From Cyanophora paradoxa CCMP329 (lineage: Eukaryota; Plantae; Glaucophyta), in the NCBI GenBank assembly GCA_004431415.1, contig QPMI01000056.1, forward strand, positions 310,001 to 374,000: a stretch of 64,000 bases of DNA. Reading direction: 5' to 3'. Shown piece by piece: positions 47,900 to 57,000 of the stretch (positions within the stretch are counted from its first letter, which is position 1; each line of letters starts with the position of its first letter). Below the pieces are notes generated by a model. The model was not told the origin of the DNA and searched no databases. It saw only the letters and a list, made by a program, of their open reading frames with translations. The position numbers and the translations under genes are program-made.

Positions 47900-48504
47900 A
47901 TGGACTCGCGCAACCCGGCACCTGCCGCGGCCGGCGTCTTTGAGTCCGGGCCGCTTCGCGGCAAGGAGTTCACTTTCCGGCGGCCTGCAGCAGCCCCGAG
48001 CCGGCGTCCGCTGCGGGCGCCGCTCCCTCCGAACGCGAGCTCATCGCCGACCTCCAGCGGCAGCTGGAGGCGCTCACGGTGGAGGTGCGCACGATAAAGA
48101 CGGAAGTCGAGGAAGGTACGCGGCCGCCGTCGCCCGTGGCGCGTCCTCGTTTTGAACCGCCATCCGCGCCGAGCTAGGTCAGCGCCCTGCGCCCCCCGCA
48201 GCCCGCCGCGCGCAAGCTCGGCGCAACGCATCTCCTCCTCCACCGAACGAGAAGTACACCGGGAGTCCGTCGACGGGCAAGATCCACAAGGTCTCCAAGG
48301 TCTCGGGCCAGAACCCGACGTGCCCGGCCCTCCGCGTGCGTACAGCTCGCGTGCCCCGGCTTTGAGGCACTCAGTAGCTAAAGGCGGTGCGCGCAGATGA
48401 AGGGGAAGATCCTCTGGCCCGAGTTCAGCTCGGAGGAGGCGCTCCGGGCCTCGGACCCCAAGTACAACAAGGAGGGCGCTCGCTGCCGCAACTGCTGGCG
48501 CTAG
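47900..48504 (+). CDS. Small coiled-coil plus Ada-like zinc-binding domain protein (needs one extra C near 47976); full protein not in the ORF track
   Basis: ELIADLQRQLEALTVEVRTIKTEVEE; spliced C-terminus YTGSPSTGKIH...TCPALR|MKGKILWPEFSSEEAL...ARCRNCWR* fits the Y.GS...K.H..C...F.S.EE....R.CxxC pattern. Confidence 0.6.
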
Positions 48505-48915
48505 GCGCTAGCCGTGCGGGGGTCGCTCCCCTCCCGCGGCGCTTCCTGTTCCGCGTGAAGCTCTGTGAACGTGTCGCTGAGTCGTGCTCTGAACACGAGA
48601 TGTTGTTGTCAACTTGGGAAGGGAACCTTGAAGGGATGCATGCATGGCCAGGCACGCAGAGAGGAGAGCGCAGGCACACATACGAAATCAATCCAGATTG
48701 CACACAAATACATACACAGCGATAAACAGCCGACATAGATACATACACAGCGATAGACAGCACATTACTATAGATAGCAAACACATGGATACATATATAG
48801 AGTTGCGAGCCCAGCGGGAGAGCTCGGAATGGACATGAAGGAAAATAAAATCCTACCAAGAGCACAGGCTATCTGCAGCTACTGCTGTGCAGAGCTAGCA
48901 GCTACTTCAGAGCAA

Positions 48916-51900
48916 CTACTGCTGCCCCTTCTCCTGCTGCGCCTTCTCCTTTGCGGCCTCCAGGTCGAGCCCGCCGCTGGCGAGGACGGCGTAGTTCATC
49001 GTGCGGGCACGCTTGCGCGAACCCTCCGCCGCCGGACGGGAGCTCGAGGCGGCCGGGGTGTCGAGAGGGAGGGGATCGGAAGAGGAGGAGCCGAGCTTGG
49101 GGTCAGGGAGGGGCGGGGCCGCAGGGAGGGCCTGGGCTGCTGCCTCCTTCTCCGTCTTGGACCGCCGGCCCCGCTTCGGAGGCGCCGGCGTTTTCTCCAC
49201 GTGTTCCACGTCCTCCACGGGCCCGTCCTCCTCCTCGCAGTGGCAGAAGTCCTTGGACCCCTGCCGGCACACGCCGAAGCAGGGCCCCTGGTAGCACTTG
49301 TAGCCGAGCCAGTCGCAGACGAAGACGTGCTTGCTGGTCCTGCTGAACTTCTCCACAATTTCGTCGTGCTCCGGGTTGCCGATGCGCTTGTAGCCGCAAA
49401 CACTGCAAGGATGGACGAGGAAAGCAGACTTCCCTGCTCCAGAAGCATGAGACAGGGGACGGCGAGGGGCAGAAACGGGCGTACCGTTGCGGGCATCCTT
49501 CATCGCGTCCTCGAGCTTGTCCTCCGGGACGACGTACGGCCGCAGCTCCAGGTTCACGAGCTCCCGATGGGCATCCTCGATGCGGAGCTGCTGCAAGAGT
49601 CAGGCAGTCCCTGCAAGGGTTGGGTTGGAGCCTGAGCTGTCACAGACCGAGAGCGGGCGAGTCATGCCGTCCCGCAGCTTGAGGACGTCGGTGGGGCACA
49701 TCTTGTGGAACATGGCGGCGTGGCACATTGCAATGCCGTTGACATACGACTGCAGGAGGGCGCCGCCCGACGTGGATTGACCAGCCGCTCCGGGTCCTTG
49801 CGGTTGAGGGAGTATTTCTGCTCAGCACCAGAGTGAGATTCGGTGGACAGAGGGGAACTAAGCAGGAAGGGCAGTCTGAGAACCTTTTCGGGCGTAGTCA
49901 TCGTCCGCAGGATGGCATGCTGCGACCCCGCTCGAAGTACATCGATGTGAGCACCACACCGATGTAGTTGCAGTTCGCCTCGTAGGCCATCACCTCGGTG
50001 AGCTCTGCACGGGGCACATGCATCAGAGAAGGGCGCGGTGCATCGGGTGCCAGGAGAGCACAACGCACTGGACACTGGGAAGTTGTCAGGGGTGATTTCA
50101 TTCACGGCGTCCTGGAAGTTGTTGGGCCGCCGGCCCGCGCCCTTCGGCGGCTTGTTGGGGACGAACATCTTGTACACTTCCAGGGGCTCCTCAGCGTTCA
50201 GCTTCTTCGTCATGAACGCTGAGAATGCATCTGCAGATAGAAGAGCAGGTGCTAAGGTTAGACTGAAGAGGGACCTTTACAGAAAGGAGCACAAGCCAAG
50301 AAAGGAGAAAGGAGCACAGACCAGCGAGCTGCGTGTAGGGGTGCGGATCAAGCATGCCTTCGATCTCGATTGTGATGGTCGTTGGATCCTTCCGGACGTC
50401 CCGAGCTTGAAGACGACGTTGTACCGGGGCTCCTGGAAGTCGGCCACACCACGGCTCCGGCGGGCGGCCAATTCAGCCTTCTTGTTTACGAACTGCTCGA
50501 AAGCAAGCGGTCAGTGTGCTCTAGAGGCCAGAGAAGAGGAATCAAAGGGCATGCACGCACGTCCCTGACAATCTTGGCGGTGGGTTCGCCATGAAGATGA
50601 TGTGCTGGCCAGTCGGTTTGGCCAAGTGCTTGTTCACGAAGAGGTTCCAGTCCTGCATGCTGACAGGGTCCTGCGGGTGTTCAAAAAGCATGCAGTGAGC
50701 ACAGAGAAAGAAGGAAAAAAGGAAGAGGTGGATGGGGAAGAAGAGGACGCAATGCATGCTGCTAGGCGGCTAACCTGCATGACCCACATCTTCTCGATGT
50801 TGTCCAGGGGACGACATGCATCTTCTTCGCGGGGTTGCTCGGATCCACGATCTCGGTGATGACAGCCGTGGCAACAGTCAGCGTGTTCCCCACTCCGGCT
50901 GGTTCGCGCTGCGGTTCGTGATGTTCCGCGCCATCTCGAAGCCCTTCGGGTCGAAGTAGTTCACGAAAATCTCCTCGCTCAGGATGTGTACTGCGACGAA
51001 GACGCGCGATCAGGTTCGAAAGGAAGACCCGCGCAATCACGGAAGCAACGAGCCGAGGATCGCGACGCACTCGGTGCGGAACTCTTCCGAGGATCGCGAG
51101 CATGTCGTGGAGAGGCTTCCAGGCCGCGTCCGCGGCCGGGGCGTAGGTCGCGAATGAGAAGGGCGTAGGCTTGACTGCCTCGATTCCCTTTCCGCTCTTC
51201 ACCGCGGCACCCGCCGCAGCCATGACCTTCTCTTTCTGAGTGACCGCGGCCGCGGCGGCCTTGGCCTTCGCATTCGTCGTCACCTGGGCGCGAGGGGCCA
51301 CCTTGCGAGGGGTCGAACCCTCCGGCTGCGCGTATAGCGTGAGGAGGATCGCATGGCGACGCGAGGATGCGGGCGCACGATCGTGGGCCCGCCCGAGCCT
51401 GTGCGCGTGGCGCCAAAATTTGAATGTCAGTTGGGCGCCAAAATTTGAATCGACATGGCGGCGATTGCGAGCGCACCGCGCCCCGAGCTCGCGACCGCGT
51501 CCGCAAGGCCCTGACTGGAGCGGCCGCTAAACCGGACCCCGAAGGTGGCCGCCCGTTGGGCGGGCTCGGCCGGCGCGGCGACCTCGGGCTGGTCGTCTGC
51601 GCGCCGAGCGGTTAGCGCGGGCGGCGGTTAGCGTGAGCACGCGCACCCATTGCCGTGTAGTAGACGCCCTGCTTGCCCGTCTTCCAGCCCGAGGTGGAGC
51701 ACAGGAGGCTGATGTCTTCGAGCTCCTCCGACGTGCCGTCGTGGCGCTTCTCGAGCACGAATTCCATGTTCTCGGCGTCCAGATTCTGAAACACAGTCGT
51801 CTTGAGCAGCCGCAGGACAACGTCAACGGGGCGGGCGTTGAGCATGTCCGGCTTGAAATGCACAGGCGGCGCATCCGGGCTGCCCTTCCTGTGGATCACG

Positions 51901-51959
51901 ACACGTTCGATTTCTCCCGCGGGCACGGAGCCCGCCGCGGGTGCCGCCGGTGCCGCCAT
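48916..51959 (-). CDS. Large unknown cargo protein with C-terminal CW-like zinc finger; several 1-bp frameshifts (error or decay)
   Basis: Exon chain from MAAPAAPAAG..; C-terminal HPCSVCGYKRI...VFVCDWLGYKC..CFGVC..CHC, followed by a PKRGRRS basic motif. Confidence 0.6.
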
Positions 51960-52001
51960 GTTCAAAAATTTGCCGCCGAGTTTGAATTGACGTATACCGG
52001 G

Positions 52002-52031
52002 GGGGGGGGTTGCACACGTTAGTCCCTGATA
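52002..52031 (-). repeat. Right terminal inverted repeat of the giant element
   Basis: G-run-TTGCACACGTTAGTCCCTGATA followed directly by TSD CTCAGT. Confidence 0.85.
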
Positions 52032-52442
52032 CTCAGTGAAGTTGGCAACTTGGCAAGTTGAAAATCAATCCAAATGATGGCAAGATTCGCAACTTGCAAG
52101 TTGCAAGTTCTTTCCAAGGCTTTCACCGGGCCTCGGCAATGAATATTATTGCAATTGCGGCCGCGTTAATAATTGCGGGCCTTTTGCGGCGATCGAAGTC
52201 CGCGAGGATAATATCCGGAATCCGAGATCCCCAGTACATGATTCGGAGTCTGATGGTAGGCAATGCTAGGGCTAGCTATAGCATTGCTACTAATTTGCTA
52301 GGCATTGTAGCTTAGTAGGCAATGCTAGGCATGCGCATTGGCCCAGTGGTACTAATTTGGAACTTGGAAGCCGCATATTCCCCCCATAGTACCTAGCCGC
52401 CGCGGCCGTGCCGCCCGCGGCCCGCCGCCCGGGGCCCGGGCC

Positions 52443-52811
52443 TAGGGCACTGGCCGGCGGGTCTAGAAGCTTGCACCGGGGCTGGCCCGAAATTCCGAAA
52501 GCTTGCACCGGGGCTGGCCCTAGCGGCTTGGCGGCTCCAAAATTTCGGCTGGCGTGCCAGCGGCTTGCCAGTTACTATGGAACCGGTGGCCAGCACGGCT
52601 TGGTCTGGCTTGGTGCAGCTCGCGCTTACTTCACCTATTCTTCGTTCGCCGGCTAGATTGCGAGCCCCGGGCTTGCTGACTTGGCTGACAAGCCGGGGAA
52701 AGCCGGAAAAACCCCTGGGCTGGCAAGCCGGGGTTTCGGCCGCCTAGCCCGTCGCCCCCTGGCCCAAACTGGCCGGCTAGCTAGCCGGCTTGGCCGCCGG
52801 CCAGTGCCCTA
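52443..52811. mobile_element. hAT-like MITE with 8-bp TSD
   Basis: TIR TAGGGCACTGGCCGGCGG / CCGCCGGCCAGTGCCCTA; TSD CCCGGGCC (52435-52442, 52812-52819). Confidence 0.9.
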
Positions 52812-52907
52812 CCCGGGCCCCGGGCCGCCGGGCCGCCGCGCCGGCGCCGCGCCGCCGGGGCCGGCCCGCCGCGCGCCGCGCCGCGCGCGGCGTCGCTTAC
52901 GAGAGAG

Positions 52908-53338
52908 TAGGGTTACCGTATGTCGGAAATGTCGGTCACCCACCTTCCGACATCGACATTGTCGAATGTCGGTTGGATGTCGGTGCGATCCGACAGAGGG
53001 GGGGGTAGGGGTCATCTCCGCCGGCCGGCGGCAGAATGCGCCATAAATTATAAATTAAGGCTTCTGGCGCTCCAGGAAGTTATTCTAAGCATGTCTTAAC
53101 ACTTTCCCCACGTTGGGAGACCATAGGAGCGTGTGTTCTAGGTGCGCGACGGGCGCCCGGCGGGCCGGCGACGGCATGGAGGGGGCGAGAAATGCATTAA
53201 ATATATATAAAATGCATTATTTATATTAATATTTCCGATATGTCGGATCGACATTCGGTCACCCTCGCCGACATCGTACCGACATCCGAAATGTCGAACC
53301 GAATGTCGGAGCTTCGACATGTCGGTACGGTAACCCTA
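52908..53338. mobile_element. hAT-like MITE of the same family as 2228-2659, opposite orientation, no TSD retained
   Basis: TAGGGTTACCGTA...TACGGTAACCCTA; internal AAGGCTTCTGG.GCTCCAGGAAGTTATTCTAAGCATGTCT is the reverse complement of ~2457-2496. Confidence 0.85.
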
Positions 53339-53779
53339 CGCTACGAGTTTTTTGGGGGTCCAAATCTTCGCAAGAACTCGGCGGGCCCCACAGGCGCTGG
53401 CATTGTCGGTTAGTAACGGCTGACTGGGGCTGGCCTCGAGCTGGCAGATTCTGTCCGGTACCGAGTATGCTCCTAGTATGAGGAATGGCAGCCAGTGCTC
53501 TGGTATATTCCGAGTGCTATATTATGAAATATCAACGTATATGGAGTCTAGGTATATATCGAATCAACGTTGGCCAATCAAATAGTTTTCCGGGAAATCT
53601 TCGAAGATCTTCAGTGCCCAATCAGATCTTCACTGAGTTGCTAGACTCGGGACCGGCCCGTACTAATTTGACTCGGACACCGGGACGAGTCTAGCAACTC
53701 GGCCGAGTTTAGTCAATCAACTTGACTCGGATCCGGTTTGTATGGCGCGAAGATCCGCCGGTCCAAAAAACTCGTAGCG
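53339..53779. mobile_element. Second CGCTA-terminus element with 3-bp TSD
   Basis: TIR CGCTACGAGTTTTTTGG / CCAAAAAACTCGTAGCG; TSD CTA (53336-53338, 53780-53782). Confidence 0.85.
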
Positions 53780-54048
53780 CTAATAGGGCTCGTGCGGGTG
53801 CACATTAGGGCCCGGGCTGGGTAGCCTGGGTTCAGTGGAGCCCCCGGGTCCACTCAGTCAGTGGGCTTTTTGCGTCAAACTCACTCAGTGACTACCAGTG
53901 AGTGGGGGGTACCATTGGTACTAATTTGGAAGCCGCATATTCCCCCCAATGGGCCCCATAGAAGCCGCCGCGGCCGCCGCCCGCGGCCCGCCGGCGCCGC
54001 GCCGCCGCGCGCCGCGCGCCGCGCCGCGGCGTCGCTTACGAGAGAGTA

Positions 54049-57000
54049 CTCAGAGCCTTCTCATCGCTTCGGCGATCGCTAGGCCCTGGTACCGAGTACT
54101 CAGGGGCGATCGCTAGCGCGAACCGTCGGGCGATCGCTAGCGCGAACCGTCGGAGAAGGCTCTATGCGCGGGGCAGAGATGTAGCGATCGCATTGAATAG
54201 AGAATCTCTATGCGAGCATGCCCACAGCGCTACGGGAGGCGGGCACGCACTGCAGGCGTTGGCGTTGGCTGGTGCGACGAACTTGAAGCAGCTCCTGCGC
54301 AAGCGATCGCCGGTCTATGCGCGGGGCAGAGATGTAGCGATCGCATTGAATAGAGAATCTCTATGCGAGCATGCCCACAGCGCTACGGGAGGCGGGCACG
54401 CACTGCAGGCGTTGGCGTTGGCTGGTGCGACGAACTTGAAGCAGCTCCTGCGCAAGCGATCGCCGGTCAGAGAGCCTTCTCATCGCTTCGGCGATCGCTA
54501 GGCCCTGGTACCGAGTACTCCGGGGCGATCGCTAGCGCGAACCGTCGGACGACGGACGCGGCGCCGGCGATCGCTTGAAAAAGGCCCCGGCCCGATCCGA
54601 GCCCATGGCCGGCGGGCATAGTGAACATAGTGCCAAAATGTCGCCCCGAAAACACGTTTTTTAGCAGGATCGGAAGACAGCGCGCCCAGGCAGGTCCGAG
54701 GGGCGGTTCCGGGACGGACCTACTGGCTCAGAGCTGCTTGCGCTGGGCCCGCCGGGCGACGCCATAGTTGAGAGCTCGAGTCCCTGCGCGCCGCCTTACA
54801 GCTGCCGAGGATGGGGCGACGGCTGCAGAATTCGAAGATGAGTACCTCGGACAAGCGAAAGCGTGTAGCTAGCGCGCCGCCGGCGCCGCGGGTGAGCCGA
54901 TGAAGCAAGCGATGTGTACTCCTCGCGTGCGCGGGCGCGGCGAAGACGCCTGCGGGTCGGGCGTGGCGCCGCGGGGCTGAGCACGGCGTGCGCGCGGCAG
55001 TGCGCATGCGCAGCGGACGGAATTCGCGCGCTGCATGCATGGCCGGGCGCGCGGAAGTTCCTTTTTTTCCTATTCTTCCCCCTGCGCTTCTCCCCCTGTT
55101 CATTCCCCCCTAAGTTAGCCACCGGTGGCTAACTTGCGATCGAAGGGTACAGAGTTCGGCCTCGTGAAATTGATCTCATACAAAACCAACGATGTCGTAG
55201 AACCCTAGACTATAGCTGCATGCGGAATCAGGCTATCTGCAGTCCTACAAAAGCCTTGCACCGCTGCAGTAGCCCTTTTGCCTGCTCTTCGTTCGCGAAG
55301 ATGTCAGGACGCCCCGCGCGGGGCGCGCGGAACCACTCTGTGGACGTGACCACAAATGGTGCGCATGCTGTCGGATCGCGCAGGTGGTGGCCACTGCACA
55401 CCACCCGACCCCAGCGCGCGCGGGAGAACAGGACCTCCAGGACCCGGTCGACCCAACACTTCGCTTTGAATGTAGACCCGCGGTCGTGCGCAGCCCGTTG
55501 TTACTTTTGCAAGCGTCTCGACTCGAGCGCCACCTAACAGCATATTGAGAGCAGAATCGCAAGATAAGTTGCAGTAAGAAATGCACCGAGCTCAAGAATT
55601 GCAATTGCTTCAAAGCATTGAGCTCGTCCAGGGTCCGATCCCGGCAGTCAGGGCGGGAGCTCGACGCTGGCGGCCGGCTCGTCGTCGTCGAAGAGGGGCC
55701 GCCTGTGTAGGGCGGCCCAGCCCCTGGCGCCCTGTGAACGAAGAAGCAAAGGAGAGAGCCGCTCAGGACTCGGAAAGTAAAGAAGCTCAGAGGAAAGACG
55801 CTCGCCTTGTCGGAGTCCCGCCCCTCCCCGCACCCGGAGTCGGCTTGACGTTGTAGTTCTCGAGGAGGGGCGGACGGCGCCGGGTACATGAGGACCGCCT
55901 GCCGCAGGAGGCGGCGGCGAGGGCCGCGGCAGAGGGCGGGGCGGCGCCGGCGAGGCGGGGTCCAGCGTGTGCGAGAAGAGGCGCCGGAGGACCTGCCGCG
56001 CTTCAGTCTTAGAGGAGATTCGAGGGGCGCAGGGCACCGGCTCGTCGACGGGCGCGGCGCCGCCGTCCCGCGCCACGCGCATGAGCGCGTACGCTGCGAG
56101 CCCGGCTCGGCGCCAGGAAAAAAGGGGGAGAGGCTAAGTGGGGTACCCGAGGAGTTGAGGGCGATGGGGAGGAAGAGGGCGGCTCCCGCTCGAGAGGGGC
56201 GGCTCCCGCACGAACGAGGCGGAGCGCCCGGGAGCGCCGGCGCCGCCACCAGCTCCAGAAGGAACTTGTACTCCCTGAAGAAAAATGAGGTGGGGGGGGG
56301 GGAAGTTGGGGGGGGGGAAGGTTATGGGTACCTGGCGCGGAGGGCGAAGTAGTCGATGCACTGGAGCACCCCATCAGGTCACTGTCGGGTCCAGCGCAAG
56401 CAGCAGCTTGGCCGTCTCTGGAGGTACGACGTTCGGTTCGAATCCGAGTAGGGGGAAGCGGTCGAGGGGTACCGAGGGAGGTGCGGGAGCAGCCGCCGCG
56501 AATGAGCATCTGCAGGCGCCGGAAGACCAGGCCCTGGGGGTGGCGGGTGAGTCCGGAGGAGGGTACAGGTTATCCTCGGGGTACAACGGGTTCTCTGCGC
56601 ACTTGTTCTCCATGACTGCGAAGTCGAGGCGGCAGGCGCCGCTCGCCGGCTTGAACTGCGGGTGCCTGCCGGGACGGAGCTCAAAACCAAGTGAACGAAC
56701 TGCAGCGCAACGCATCCTCCGCCCGCCGCGCCCGTGCCCGCGCCCCGCCCCGCACCAGGCTGCCTCGAGGCAGTAGAGGGCGCGGTCGAGGAGCTCGGTC
56801 GCCGCGTCCAGCTCGCCACTGTACTTGTAGATCTGAGGCCGGCCCGCCGGCTTCAGGCCCCGGGCCAGGCTTCGTGTGCTCGGGGTTCGTGTGCTCGGGG
56901 AGGGCGGGCCCGGGCCCGGGGCAGGGCCGGGGGAGGGCGGGGCCAGGGGAGGGCGGGCCCGGGGCCCGGGCGGGCCGGGGGAGGGGCGCGCCCGGGCCCG

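Larger units (their letters stand above)
32819..52031 (+). mobile_element. Giant (19,213 bp) IS3EU-like DNA transposon with multi-gene cargo
   Basis: Exact 6-bp TSD CTCAGT at 32813-32818 and 52032-52037; imperfect TIRs TGTCAGGGCCCTTGGTGTGCACCCCCCCC vs right-end reverse complement TATCAGGGACTAACGTGTGCAACCCCCCC; DDE transposase next to the left end. Confidence 0.88.

Noticed and set aside
49640-49960. Tyrosine recombinase motifs in the large cargo gene
   Set aside because: No ordered R..HxxR..H/W..Y set could be assembled
46440-51100. Frameshifts read as programmed frameshifting or pseudogenisation
   Set aside because: Most are 1-bp indels in short homopolymers, and the same indel pattern separates the near-identical duplicates at 54618 and 62439, which fits long-read error
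32819-52031. Polinton/Maverick or endogenous virus interpretation (6-bp TSD, ~19 kb, integrase-like enzyme, cysteine protease)
   Set aside because: No recognisable pPolB, packaging ATPase or capsid; TIRs are short and not AG..CT; the transposase is IS3EU-like and the genes are intron-rich. The two unknown genes still need a structural search to exclude this fully
54161-54466. 153-bp repeats as a CRISPR array or protein repeat gene
   Set aside because: Contiguous identical units with no unique spacers; the ORF lacks a credible start or domain
54072-54574. GCGATCGC equals cyanobacterial HIP1, suggesting cyanobacterial DNA
   Set aside because: Density far exceeds typical HIP1 spacing, the octamers sit in repeated TE arms, and no bacterial genes are present
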